A stretch of 32,000 bases of DNA from Candidatus Moranella endobia PCIT. GTDB taxonomy: Bacteria > Pseudomonadota > Gammaproteobacteria > Enterobacterales > Enterobacteriaceae. Position numbers and translations under genes: made by a program. A model generated the notes under the pieces. That model was not told the DNA's origin. It did not search any database and saw only the letters and a list, made by a program, of their open reading frames with translations. Of this stretch, positions 1 through 10,320 are shown one piece after another. Numbering within the stretch: position 1 is the stretch's first letter; each line of letters starts with the position of its first letter. Where the stretch lies: the NCBI RefSeq assembly GCF_000219175.1, contig NC_015735.1, positions 30,001-62,000 of the forward strand. Direction: 5' to 3'.

Positions 1-777
1 CAACCATACTTCTTCGCCGTCTAGTACAGCATAACTGCCGATAGGAACCTGGCATCCACCTTGTAAACGGGCATTCATGGCACGTTCCGCACCTACCCGT
101 AAAGCAGTTTCCTGATGATGTAGCGGTGCTAACATTGTCAACGTACGAGTATCATCTAGCCGGCATTCGATCCCAACCGCACCCTGACCACCGGCAGGCA
201 ATGAGTCAGAAGGATCTATAGCCTGACGAATGCGATTCTCTAACCCTAATCGTTTTAGACCAGCTACAGCCAAGACAACCGAATCAAAATCACCATGATC
301 TAGCTTAGCTAGTCGGGTGCCAACATTTCCACGCAGATCTTGTATCTGTAAATCAGGCCGTCTTTCTCGCAATTGGCACTGCCGTCGCAAGCTTGATGTA
401 CCAATAACAGCGCATGATGGCATAGTGTCAATACTAGCATAACGCTTACTGACAAAAGCATCACGCGAATCTTCTCGCTCACATAGAATAACAATTCCTA
501 GACCATCTGGAAACGAGATTGTCATATCCTTCATCGAATGTACGGCAATATCAGCATGATGGTCTAGGAGTGCTCGTTCCAATTCATGGATATATAATCC
601 TTTACCACCTACTTTGGCAAGCGATGTATCAAGGATCATATCGCCACGAGTGATCAATGGTACCATTTCAACCTGTAAATGAGGGTGATAGCGTAGTAAC
701 TTATCGCGCACATATCCTGCCTGCCACAACGCAAGAGGACTTTTGCGAGTAGCAATTCTGAGAAGGTTATCTTGCAT
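1..777 (-). CDS. hemC: Hydroxymethylbilane synthase (porphobilinogen deaminase), 3' end truncated by window edge
   Basis: Open frame with no stop from ATG at 777 to the window edge. Translation [28 protein letters not shown]...[29 protein letters not shown]...[17 protein letters not shown]...[13 protein letters not shown]...[13 protein letters not shown]. The dipyrromethane-cofactor cysteine motif GGCQVPIG is intact. Absent from the ORF track because it is open at the edge. Confidence 0.96.
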   Translation of the reverse strand, partial: MQDNLLRIATRKSPLALWQAGYVRDKLLRYHPHLQVEMVPLITRGDMILDTSLAKVGGKGLYIHELERALLDHHADIAVHSMKDMTISFPDGLGIVILCEREDSRDAFVSKRYASIDTMPSCAVIGTSSLRRQCQLRERRPDLQIQDLRGNVGTRLAKLDHGDFDSVVLAVAGLKRLGLENRIRQAIDPSDSLPAGGQGAVGIECRLDDTRTLTMLAPLHHQETALRVGAERAMNARLQGGCQVPIGSYAVLDGEEVWL

Positions 778-1158
778 AAAAATTACCAATGTTAATATTT
801 AACTTTAATATATAATTATATTACTAACACCAATTTTAAATACAGTCAGTTTACGGCAGCAGCTAAGTAAGGCCAAAAGAGAAAACAATAGAAATAACAA
901 TAAACTATCTACAGTATGTGTAATATTAATAATTATATGGCTATTTAAGATATTTATTCACCAAATAGTATTTTATATTTTTACAAAAGTTATTATACAT
1001 TAAGCGTGCTATAGCAAGCTGGCTAGATACATCTGCGTTCGTTATATACAGCAAATCAGCAGTGTTAATTGTAAAAAGCAATGGGAGTAGTTTGTTATAT
1101 TATAACTTAGATGATAGTAAAGTGAAAATTGATAAACAATGAATGGTTAAGAGGTAAA

Positions 1159-1275
1159 ATGAAAAACGAGTTGTTTATTGCCGCATTGGGGTTGATCTTG
1201 CTAGAAATTTATGGCTGTGGATTAAAAAGTAACGTTTATTTACCGCCGGTTAACAAATCAAATAAAAGTAGTTAG
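1159..1275 (+). CDS. lptM: Short lipoprotein resembling LptM (YifL), 38 aa
   Basis: Manual translation MKNELFIAALGLILLEIYGCGLKSNVYLPPVNKSNKSS*. GAGG Shine-Dalgarno-like sequence just upstream, hydrophobic signal peptide, and the CGLK..(V/L)Y.PP core typical of YifL/LptM. Position between hemC and uvrD matches the E. coli hemC-cyaA-cyaY-yifL-dapF-xerC-yigB-uvrD order. Confidence 0.72.
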   Translation: MKNELFIAALGLILLEIYGCGLKSNVYLPPVNKSNKSS

Positions 1276-1526
1276 TTGATCTAAAAATATTAATTTTACA
1301 CCGAATAAATAACCAATACCTAATTGCAGTCATAATAACCCTTCATAATATCAACGTAAGAGAACAATGTGACGTCATTATGCATACTCATACTAGCAGG
1401 AAAAATTTTATGCTTGCGTGTTTAACTTTCTTTGTTCAAATATTTTGAAATGAACAATTTTTCTGCATCTATGATTTCTGCTACTGACAAGGGGGTCATT
1501 CCTAGTTCACATATTAAAGGCAAAAT

Positions 1527-3692
1527 ATGTATGTTTATGATTTACTCAACCATTTAAACGATAAGCAACGTGAAGCAGTGACAGCACCTCGCGGTAATTT
1601 ACTAGTGCTGGCAGGAGCAGGTAGTGGTAAAACTAGAGTACTAGTGCACCGAATAGCTTGGCTATTATTAGTTGAACATTGTTTACCATCTTCTATAATG
1701 GCCGTAACATTTACCAACAAGGCGGCAGCAGAAATGCGCCATCGTATCGAACAGTTAGTAGGTACTAAGCAGTGTGGCATGTGGCTTGGTACTTTTCATG
1801 GACTAGCCAACCGCTTACTACATACTCACCATCAGGATGCTAATTTACCAAATGATTTTCATATTATAGATAGTGAGGATCAGCTGCGCTTGTTGAAACG
1901 TCTAATAAAAACTATGAATTTAGATGAGAAAAAATGGTCGCCGCGCCAGGCAATGTGGTACATCTGTGGCAAAAAAGATCAAGGTATACGACCGTATAAT
2001 GTTAAAATTTATGGTAACCAAATAGAGCAGACCTGGCAAATTATATATCACACCTATCAGGAAGCGTGTGACCACGCCGGGATAGTAGATTTTGCCGAGC
2101 TTCTACTGCGTGCTTATGAACTTTTGCTAAATAAACCACATATTTTGCAGCAATATCGCGATCGTTTCACCAATATCCTAGTAGATGAATTCCAAGATAC
2201 CAACAAAATTCAATACGCTTGGATTCAACGGCTAGCCGGTAATAACTGCAGTGTAATGATCGTCGGTGACGATGATCAGTCAATTTACGGCTGGCGTGGG
2301 GCAAAAGTGGAAAATATTAATCGTTTTCTAGAAAATTTTCCTGATGCTAAGATCATGCGTTTAGAACAGAATTACCGTTCTACTTGTAATATTTTACAAG
2401 CTGCCAATGTACTAATTTCCCAAAACGGAAACCGTCTTGGCAAAAATCTATGGACCAAAAGCCTAAAAGGTGAGCTTATTTCTCTTTATTGTGCCTTTAA
2501 CGAACTAGATGAGGCACGTTTTGTGGTGAATAGCATCAAGGTAAGCCAGGAGCAAGGAGGAGCACTCAAAGATTGCGCTATTCTATATCGTAGCAACGCC
2601 CAGTCACGCGTACTAGAAGAAGCTTTGCTGCAAACTGGCCTACCTTACAGTATTTATGGTGGTATGCGCTTTTTCGAGCGTCAAGAAATTAAAGACGGAC
2701 TAGCCTATTTACGGCTCATTAACAATCGCAACAACGACGCAGCCTATGAACGAGTCGTTAATACTCCACCGCGCGGCATCGGCGATCGTACCCTCGATTT
2801 AGTGCGCAAAACCGCACGCAACCAGCAGCTAACATTATGGCAGTCAAGTCGGCATCTAATAGACGAGCGCGTATTGACTGGTCGCGCTTCTGCGGCACTA
2901 CTGCAATTTTTGAATCTTATAGATACGCTAGCGGCAGAAACAGCAGAATTACCACTGCATGTGCAAACCGATACAGTCATTAAAAATTCACGTATTTGGA
3001 GCATGTACGAGCATGAAAAAGGCGAAAAAGGCCAGGCACGTATTGAAAACTTAAAAGAACTAGTAACTGCTACCCGTCAGTTCCAATATAACTATGAAGA
3101 GCAGAATGTATTACCATTACAGGCATTCCTTTCTCATGCAGCAATTGATACCATGGATGAGCAAGCATCCTTTTGCAAGGATGCTGTGCAATTAATGACA
3201 TTACATTCCTCTAAAGGTCTGGAATTTAAACAGGTATTCATTATTGGCATGGAAGAAGGTATGTTTCCCAGTCCAATGTCACTGGAAGAAGACAGATTAG
3301 AGGAAGAGCGCCGGTTAGCATACGTTGGTGTAACCCGCGCAATGAAAAAATTAACAATAACCTATGCTGTAACCAGACGTATGTATGGCAAAACTGTATA
3401 TCATCGTCCGTCACGTTTTATTGGCGAACTACCACAGGCTTGCGTAAAAAAAGCATGTTTGCACGCAAGCGGCATAAAAAGTACGACTAGATATCAGCGT
3501 ATTAGTACGGTACTAAGTAAAAACAACAGTAGTTTTACCATAGGCCAGCTGGTGCGTCATCCTACCTTCGGCGAGGGCAAGGTGGTTAATATGGAAGGAA
3601 GCGGTGAGCATAGCCGGCTGCAGATAGCGTTTCCAGACTATGGAATCAAATGGTTGGTAGCATCTTACGCTCAGCTAGAACACTTTATGTAA
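1527..3692 (+). CDS. uvrD: DNA helicase II UvrD
   Basis: 721 aa; NDKQREAVTAPRGNLLVLAGAGSGKTRVLVHRIAWLL, VDEFQDTNKIQYAWI, GDDDQSIYGWRGA, LEQNYRST; near full-length similarity to E. coli UvrD. Confidence 0.98.
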   Translation: MYVYDLLNHLNDKQREAVTAPRGNLLVLAGAGSGKTRVLVHRIAWLLLVEHCLPSSIMAVTFTNKAAAEMRHRIEQLVGTKQCGMWLGTFHGLANRLLHTHHQDANLPNDFHIIDSEDQLRLLKRLIKTMNLDEKKWSPRQAMWYICGKKDQGIRPYNVKIYGNQIEQTWQIIYHTYQEACDHAGIVDFAELLLRAYELLLNKPHILQQYRDRFTNILVDEFQDTNKIQYAWIQRLAGNNCSVMIVGDDDQSIYGWRGAKVENINRFLENFPDAKIMRLEQNYRSTCNILQAANVLISQNGNRLGKNLWTKSLKGELISLYCAFNELDEARFVVNSIKVSQEQGGALKDCAILYRSNAQSRVLEEALLQTGLPYSIYGGMRFFERQEIKDGLAYLRLINNRNNDAAYERVVNTPPRGIGDRTLDLVRKTARNQQLTLWQSSRHLIDERVLTGRASAALLQFLNLIDTLAAETAELPLHVQTDTVIKNSRIWSMYEHEKGEKGQARIENLKELVTATRQFQYNYEEQNVLPLQAFLSHAAIDTMDEQASFCKDAVQLMTLHSSKGLEFKQVFIIGMEEGMFPSPMSLEEDRLEEERRLAYVGVTRAMKKLTITYAVTRRMYGKTVYHRPSRFIGELPQACVKKACLHASGIKSTTRYQRISTVLSKNNSSFTIGQLVRHPTFGEGKVVNMEGSGEHSRLQIAFPDYGIKWLVASYAQLEHFM

Positions 3693-3998
3693 CAGTCTAT
3701 TTGTTACTTAACAGTATTCTTAACTATTTGAGGTGATATAATGGGTGATACTGTTTTTTACTAAAAAATGTGTATTAATAATAAATATATCTATGTAACA
3801 GTATTTCTTGTTTATTAGATTATGTTTTGATCTTGATAATATTAGATCTGATAACCTTAATCATATAATCAAGCAAAGCGAATATTTTACACGCTATTTA
3901 GTTGCTCCTATGAATAGGAATAAAAGCGGATAGAATATGATCTGAACTGAATATATTTTAGCATCTAGTTTTATAAATCAGAATTGAATATTGAATGA

Positions 3999-4072
3999 TG
4001 CGCCCTATAGGGTTCGAACCTATGACCTACGGCTTAGAAGGCCGTTGCTCTATCCGACTGAGCTAAGAGCGC
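3999..4072 (-). tRNA. tRNA-Arg(TCT), CCA not encoded
   Basis: Reverse complement GCGCTCTTAGCTCAGTCGGATAGAGCAACGGCCTTCTAAGCCGTAGGTCATAGGTTCGAACCCTATAGGGCGCA, cloverleaf with TCT anticodon; followed by TCA rather than CCA. Confidence 0.95.
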
Positions 4073-4254
4073 ATAACCCAAAATGTATTTTGGATTCTAA
4101 TGAAGCAAATTTAATCAATGGCTTTTCTGTGCATAATTTTATCATACCATGACATATCCTTTCAATTGAAATTTGAGCGTATGTCTACACAAGTAGTACC
4201 TTGCACTTAATATGCTAAGCTGATTAAACTAACAAATTAACCATTAAGATTCCA

Positions 4255-4972
4255 ATCGTAGCAAAAATAATTGATAGTAATGTATTGGCCAAGCAAGTCA
4301 GAAGTAAATTGGCAGCGCGCGTTCAGGAAAGACTGAAAACATGCAAATACGCGCCGGGATTAGCAGTGGTATTGATTGGATAAGATCCAGCATCACAAAT
4401 ATATGTGGCCAGCAAGCGCAAAACTGGTAAAGAAGTCGGTCTTCTATCTTTCTCCTATAATTTTCCTAGCATAGTAACTAAGGAAGAATTATTAGTGCTG
4501 ATTGAATGGTTGAATAAAAATTACCGCGTGGACTAAATTTTAATGCAACTATCACACTACTAATAGTAATTACTAGGATCAGTGTGCTAGAGCAAATATA
4601 TAAATATATCCTGATAAAGATGTTGACTGTTTTCATCCTTATTTGCCGCCTGTGCCAACGCGCAAAGCTACTACGACCGTGCACACCACGTGGAATTATT
4701 ACGTTGCAAGAGTATTATTACATTGATACCTTTGGCATAAACACTATCATGGTCGGTGCATCTAATATTGTAGGACGGCCAATGATTCTGGAATTGTTAA
4801 ACGTGATTTACGAAGCCATATCGAAAATGCCGATCTACTGGTAGTAACAATAGGCAAAGCGAACTTTATTACCGGAAAGTAGATTAAACCAAGTGCTGCT
4901 GAACGTGCCGCCTATATTAGGCTGGTACCAGGTAGCGTGTATCATATGACGGTAGCTACCTTAAATTCATAA
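4255..4972 (+). pseudogene. folD: Decayed folD (methylenetetrahydrofolate dehydrogenase/cyclohydrolase)
   Basis: Fragments across frames: [56 protein letters not shown]; [12 protein letters not shown]; [51 protein letters not shown]; [10 protein letters not shown]; RAAYI..VPGSVYHMTVATLNS. Start codon position reads ATC; in-frame stops and frameshifts. ORF 4584..4844 in the track is part of this. Confidence 0.93.
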
Positions 4973-5044
4973 TAATTTGCAGACCAACAAAGTTTATCAT
5001 AATAATTGAACGACAAACAACACTAGCACTACCGTACTTAATTT

Positions 5045-6448
5045 TTAACTACGCCGCCAGGTCGTACCATTGGGACTATCTTCTAGTAAGATACCAAGTT
5101 CGTTCAGTTTATCCCTGGCTGCATCCGCTAAGACCCACTGGCTTGCTTTACGTGCATCATTACGTTGCTTAATTAAATTATCAATGTGCTTCTTAAGATG
5201 GTCATGTTTATTTTTTTCTTTACAGGTGCTTTGTTGTAGCCAAATAATTGGTTCCTGTTCAAGAAGCCCTAGCACACCAGCTAGCTGACGTAAAGTAGCA
5301 GCAAGACCTTGCATTGCTGCTAACAACTGCTTCTTCTTAAGACGGTTAACCTCGTGAGCAATGTCAAAGAGGACAGAATATACTTTTGGCATATTGAAAT
5401 CATCATTCATTGCCGCAGTAAATTTAGCAACGAATGGTTCTCCTCCTGATGGAGGAGTTGATTTATCTGTACCACATAAAGCAATATAAAGACGTTCAAG
5501 TCCGGCTCGCGCTTGTTTAAGATTTTCTTCACTGTAATTAAGTTGGCTTCGGTAATGGCTAGACATCAAAAAATAACGCACCGTTTCAGCATCATAGTAC
5601 TGCAGAACATCGCACAAAGTGAAACAGTTACCTAACGATTTTGACATTTTGTCACTATTAACCATTATCATTCCAGCATGCATCCAGACATTAACGTAGG
5701 AACTGTTATGTACACAAGTAGATAGCGCTATTTCATTTTCATGATGCGGGAAAATCAAATCTGAACCACCACCGTGAATGTCAAAATGATTGCCTAGCTG
5801 TTTGCTAGCTATAGCCGAACACTCAATGTGCCAACCAGGCCTACCGTCACCCCAAGGCGATGGCCAACTAGGTTCACCAATCTTTGACCTTTTCCACAGT
5901 ACAAAGTCCATGGGATTACGTTTTACTACAGCTGATTTTACTAGCATACTGGCCTGCAGCTGCGCTAGATCCTGGCGCGATAACATACCATAATTACTAT
6001 TGCTGTCTACCAAAAACATCACGTCACCATTAGTGGCAACATAGGCATGTTCTTTTTCTATGAGCGTACTAACCAGGGCAATAATCGTGTCCATATAATG
6101 CGTGACACGAGGTTCCTGATCTGGAAGTAGAATATTGAGTTTGCTTAAATCACTATGCATTTTGATGATCATACGATTAGTAAAGTCATAATATGACTCA
6201 CCTTTTTCAGCAGAGTAGCGAATTATTTTGTCTTCAATATCAGTAATATTTCTAACATAATTAACTTTAAAACCAAGATAGCGTAAATAACGGGTAACGA
6301 TGTCGAAAGTGATAAAAGTACGCCCATGCCCAATATGGCATAAATCATACACGGTGATGCCGCAAACATATATGCCAACTTGACCGGTATTAATAGGTTT
6401 AAATTCTTCTTTTTGGCGAGTAAGGGTGTTAAAAATCTTCAACATCAA
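5045..6448 (-). CDS. cysS: Cysteinyl-tRNA synthetase
   Basis: 467 aa; [48 protein letters not shown]...[18 protein letters not shown]...[20 protein letters not shown]...KMSKSLGN. Confidence 0.98.
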   Translation of the reverse strand: MMLKIFNTLTRQKEEFKPINTGQVGIYVCGITVYDLCHIGHGRTFITFDIVTRYLRYLGFKVNYVRNITDIEDKIIRYSAEKGESYYDFTNRMIIKMHSDLSKLNILLPDQEPRVTHYMDTIIALVSTLIEKEHAYVATNGDVMFLVDSNSNYGMLSRQDLAQLQASMLVKSAVVKRNPMDFVLWKRSKIGEPSWPSPWGDGRPGWHIECSAIASKQLGNHFDIHGGGSDLIFPHHENEIALSTCVHNSSYVNVWMHAGMIMVNSDKMSKSLGNCFTLCDVLQYYDAETVRYFLMSSHYRSQLNYSEENLKQARAGLERLYIALCGTDKSTPPSGGEPFVAKFTAAMNDDFNMPKVYSVLFDIAHEVNRLKKKQLLAAMQGLAATLRQLAGVLGLLEQEPIIWLQQSTCKEKNKHDHLKKHIDNLIKQRNDARKASQWVLADAARDKLNELGILLEDSPNGTTWRRS

Positions 6449-6532
6449 ATTTCTCTATCTATTTTGATGAATTAGCACATTGCAACTGAGGGGAAAACTA
6501 GACTATGCGCTGCTATGCTAGCAACCATGAGT

Positions 6533-6850
6533 TTAATTTCTTAAGCGGGGTGCCTGAAGCTGTAGACGTATGGATTCAGCCAATTCGTCCAGCGTAGGTT
6601 GCTCGGGATGGAAATGCAAACACTCATATCCAAGATGTGCTTCAGCTAAATAGGTATGTACCGGTTTTCCATCTTCATCTTCCATAATTACATGATACCA
6701 CGGAGCTGCACGTAAGCTATCGTCAACTACAACCTCATCTAGCAATGGCTGCTCTAGTGAGTATTCTGGATCAACATCTATAATGACACCTAGGTACCCA
6801 AGTAGTTTATGCCTGACCTGCTGACCTATGCCAAATTTACTAACAATCAT
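6533..6850 (-). CDS. hspQ: Heat shock / hemimethylated-DNA-binding protein HspQ
   Basis: 105 aa; [28 protein letters not shown]...[27 protein letters not shown]...[12 protein letters not shown], close match to E. coli HspQ. Confidence 0.96.
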   Translation of the reverse strand: MIVSKFGIGQQVRHKLLGYLGVIIDVDPEYSLEQPLLDEVVVDDSLRAAPWYHVIMEDEDGKPVHTYLAEAHLGYECLHFHPEQPTLDELAESIRLQLQAPRLRN

Positions 6851-7344
6851 AAGACCTCTATAGAAAATATTTTATCAGGTTATATGGGGAATTAATTAAC
6901 GTAATTCAAGGAAACAGAACAGTATTTAATCAGCAAAATCTTTTTGTTAAGTAATTCTTAGTCCAGATTAACTGCTAAAAGAAAAAAATAAAAATGCAAC
7001 CAAAGCTATTTAGCATACATAGTTACAATAGTTACAGCATATTTATTCAAACACTTCTGATTAGCCAGCCTAGGTTATAGGTAGCCTATCGGCTAATAAT
7101 ATATATATCTAGCATTTAGAAAAATATAAGCTGGTAGTTACTTATATACTAAGTATTATCATCATAATAATAGCATAATAGGTTGTCATCAACACATTCC
7201 TTAATAAATAGCTGTTCTGCTATAAACAGAGCTATGTGCCAATTTGTGTGATATATATCAATACTATGCATAAAAATTAACCTATATGATATAACATAAC
7301 TGCAATTACCTCGAAAGTAGTAGCAAATTATTTACTATCAGTAA

Positions 7345-7470
7345 AACAAAAGAAAAAAAACGGAAACCAAAGTAATTTGAAAACATAAATACCAGCTTGC
7401 CGCCGAGTCAAAGCATATTGATTTATTAATATAATCATGAGATTACCGTAGCTGCAAGAATAAAAGCAAT
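7345..7470 (-). pseudogene. Possible C-terminal remnant of plsY (glycerol-3-phosphate acyltransferase)
   Basis: Minus-strand frames give LR*SHDYINK then LTRRQAGIYVFKLLW, loosely like the PlsY C-terminus ([24 protein letters not shown]). Location upstream of a folB remnant and bacA fits the E. coli plsY-folB-bacA order. Weak. Confidence 0.3.
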
Positions 7471-7496
7471 CGTTGGTGATTAATCACCAACGATTG
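7467..7496. repeat. Perfect 30-nt palindrome (15-bp arms, no spacer)
   Basis: CAATCGTTGGTGATTAATCACCAACGATTG is identical to its own reverse complement. Confidence 0.97.
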
Positions 7497-7498
7497 GT

Positions 7499-7863
7499 AT
7501 TGTATTTAGTGATAAATTAACTGTAATAACAGTTATAAGTGTTTATACCTAGGAACAACAACGTCTGCAGAAATATTAAATAATCGCATTATAAATTAGC
7601 TGCGTGCGGCACGTAACAATGATATTGCCGACAGTCTAAAATAGTAGACTATAAAAAAAATCACCGAGGCAATCAGAACTATTATTTGTTGTTAACAGTC
7701 AGCATTTGATTTAGTAGAAAACTAAAACGTAACCAATGAGAGAAACTTATAATAAATTTTAAATAACACTGGATACGCGTCAAAATAGGTAGAACCAACG
7801 GTGGTGATGGTAGCGACCAATGTTAGTGTTGTTATTCGTTGACAACTAAAAATTAAGAAATAA
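7499..7863 (+). pseudogene. folB: Decayed folB (dihydroneopterin aldolase)
   Basis: Fragments IVFSDKLTVITVISVYT*EQQRLQ (cf. DIVFIEQLSVITTIGVYDWEQ), NNDIADSL (cf. SDDVADCL), AFDLVEN, WIRVKI / EPTVVMVATNVSVVIR (cf. WVRIKLSKPGAVARAANVGVIIERG); several stops and frameshifts; directly upstream of bacA. Confidence 0.82.
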
Positions 7864-7927
7864 CTTGCGGGGCGTTAATAATCTTTTTTCTTCTTGTGAC
7901 GTTACTATCATGGATAATATATAATAT

Positions 7928-8743
7928 ATGCACGTGCACGAGTGGTTAATCGCTTTTATTATGGGATTAGTGGAAGGATTAACCGAATTTCTACCAATTT
8001 CTTCGACTGGACATATGATATTGGTTGGTAGTTTGCTTGGTGTTACAGATGAGAAAACTAAAACCTTAGAGTTAATCATCCAACTTGGTGCAATTCTTGC
8101 GGTGTTGGTGGTGTTTTGGCGCCAGCTTTGTAGCCTGATAGGGACTAATTTCAGTCCTCTATCCCCCCAGATAATTATTGGTCATGAGCGCCTGAGTTTA
8201 GGACATATATTACTTGGAATGATCCCTGCGGGAGTACTTGGGTTAGTCTTGTATAATCACATAAAAGCTATTTTCTTACCACAATACGTAATTTACGCTC
8301 TGGTGGTAGGCGGTTGGCTGCTGCTAGCAGGAGAATGGTTAAAACCTAAGCAACCACAAACAATAGATATCAATGATTTAACATATTTGCAGGCTTTTTT
8401 TATTGGTTGTTGTCAGTGTTTAGCGCTTTGGCCAGGTTTTTCACGCTCTGGGGCTACTATTAATGGTGGTATTATTATCGGCGTTAGCCGTTACGTCGCA
8501 TGGGAGTTTTCATTTATATTAGCTGTACCAATAATGCTAGGTGCTACGGTTATAGATATCTATAAAAGCATACCGTGTATCATTTGGCATGATTTTACCA
8601 TGTTCGCCATAGGCTTTGCTACAGCTTTCTTGGTAGCATTGCTCGCTATTAAATTTTTCTTGCACATCATTAGGAACATCTCGTTCTTGCCTTTTGTTAT
8701 ATACCGTTTTCTTTTAGCAGCGATAGTTACTTGGCTGATATAA
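7928..8743 (+). CDS. bacA: Undecaprenyl-diphosphatase (UppP/BacA)
   Basis: 271 aa; [61 protein letters not shown]; PAP-type BacA motifs. Confidence 0.97.
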   Translation: MHVHEWLIAFIMGLVEGLTEFLPISSTGHMILVGSLLGVTDEKTKTLELIIQLGAILAVLVVFWRQLCSLIGTNFSPLSPQIIIGHERLSLGHILLGMIPAGVLGLVLYNHIKAIFLPQYVIYALVVGGWLLLAGEWLKPKQPQTIDINDLTYLQAFFIGCCQCLALWPGFSRSGATINGGIIIGVSRYVAWEFSFILAVPIMLGATVIDIYKSIPCIIWHDFTMFAIGFATAFLVALLAIKFFLHIIRNISFLPFVIYRFLLAAIVTWLI

Positions 8744-8867
8744 TGTCAGTTAGTACCAGTTTTAACGCTGACTAAGTTTTCCTAAATAACAAGCAATGGC
8801 AGGCAAAATAGTCGGCTATAACCTTAAAATTGCAGTCTTGGTCAAGCAAAGTGGCAAACAAACTGGT

Positions 8868-10115
8868 TTAATACAACATGGTTTTAGTATTGATTGTTGT
8901 CCGCTGTTGCTTCCAAATAGCTAGTATCTGTTGTCGTCTTCGTTCAAGCTCTTCGCCAATCTGCGCGCCTCTAAAACCAGTCATAATAACGTCTCTAGCT
9001 GTAACCGAATTGGCAAAGCAGAATGCCTCGCGCAGGAAACTTCCTTGCGGATAGAGATGATTTTCAAAACCTATACGTCCACGGAAGTTTGCTTCGCTAG
9101 CAATAATCAGCTGCTCCAGTCGCTCCGGGCGACGCCATACATCAATGGCCCTGAACAGTTTTATCAATGTTTGTGGTGTTAAATTCGCAGCACCGTGCAA
9201 CAAATTATGATATTTGGCAAAAATTTTTGCTAAATCACGCAAATCATTGGGTACGTTTAGCCGCTGGCACAATACTTCTACTAATTTTACCCCAGCTGGT
9301 CCATGCCCGTGATGGCTGGGCCAAAACGCGCGCGGTGTAAGCGCTTTACCTAAATCATGACAAAGCATAGCAAAGCGGACTGCTATATCTTCCGATAAAT
9401 TGGCTGCCATAGATACTGTCATTAGTGTATGAAGACCGGTATCGATTTCTGGATACCATTTTGTTGTTGCTGGAATACCAAACAGAGCGTCTACCTCTGG
9501 AAATAAAGTTTTTAACGCGCCGCAGTCTCGCAATACTTGAAAATATACCTGAGGATTACAGGTTGCTAAAGCTCGCTCAGTTTCTTTCCAGATACGCATT
9601 GGGTTCAGCAGCGTCAGCTCAGCGGTCATATGCTGCATGAGCGCCAAAGTTTCCGGTGCAATACGAAAATTTATATGGGCAAAACGTGCAGCAAATCTTG
9701 ATACCCTTAGTACACGCAGTGGATCTTCGCAAAAAGCATCGGATACATGACGTAACCAGCGCTCACGAATATCTTGCTGCCCCTGATAGGGATCGATTAG
9801 GTTGCCCTCGTCGTCGATGGCCATAGCGTTAATAGTAAGATCACGGCGACGCAAATCTTCTTCCAAAGTGACTTCAGGCGAAGTATAGCATGTAAAGCCA
9901 GTATATCCCGAACCTGATTTTAGCTCTGTACGGGCCAGTGCATACTCTTCACGACTATCTGGATGCAGAAACACTGGAAAATTTTTACCAACCTGTTGAT
10001 AACCTTGCAACAGCATGTCTTGCGGCGTAGCTCCGACCACGACCCAGTCCCTTTCCTTAACTGGTAGCTGTAATATACCATCACGAACAGCGCCACCTAC
10101 CAGATACTTTTTCAA
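8868..10115 (-). CDS. cca: CCA-adding enzyme (tRNA nucleotidyltransferase); probable TTG start at 10115
   Basis: [31 protein letters not shown]...[13 protein letters not shown]...[14 protein letters not shown]..., HD domain. The track ORF extends to an ATG at 10139, but AGGAGG lies just upstream of TTGAAAAAGTATCTG at 10115, which aligns with MKIYLVGG of E. coli. Confidence 0.96.
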   Translation of the reverse strand: MKKYLVGGAVRDGILQLPVKERDWVVVGATPQDMLLQGYQQVGKNFPVFLHPDSREEYALARTELKSGSGYTGFTCYTSPEVTLEEDLRRRDLTINAMAIDDEGNLIDPYQGQQDIRERWLRHVSDAFCEDPLRVLRVSRFAARFAHINFRIAPETLALMQHMTAELTLLNPMRIWKETERALATCNPQVYFQVLRDCGALKTLFPEVDALFGIPATTKWYPEIDTGLHTLMTVSMAANLSEDIAVRFAMLCHDLGKALTPRAFWPSHHGHGPAGVKLVEVLCQRLNVPNDLRDLAKIFAKYHNLLHGAANLTPQTLIKLFRAIDVWRRPERLEQLIIASEANFRGRIGFENHLYPQGSFLREAFCFANSVTARDVIMTGFRGAQIGEELERRRQQILAIWKQQRTTINTKTMLY

Positions 10116-10320
10116 TATTACCTCCTGAGTAGCTGGCATTAGTTTGATCGTGCCAATACATTGTTATTTTTAACTATGATAGTACTACTAATGTAATAAT
10201 TCAGTTTTAACTTGGTATAAATATGTCATAGACTGTAACCAAATACTAAAATTTATACATAAGACATGATACAGGTCTACTAAAGAGCTAGCCACCGTTT
10301 TAAAAACAAGGAAGTAGCAG

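Noticed and set aside
309-494. 61-aa ORF inside hemC
   Set aside because: Out-of-frame minus-strand ORF overlapping the clear hemC reading frame.
1535-3004. Minus-strand ORFs at 1535-1780 and 2744-3004
   Set aside because: Antisense shadows within uvrD.
4584-4844. 86-aa ORF as a possible novel protein
   Set aside because: Contains the FolD core (RPCTPRGII...[10 protein letters not shown]) and belongs to the folD pseudogene.
5070-5993. Plus-strand ORFs at 5070-5288 and 5790-5993
   Set aside because: Antisense shadows within cysS.
8931-9640. Plus-strand ORFs at 8931-9182 and 9425-9640
   Set aside because: Antisense shadows within cca.
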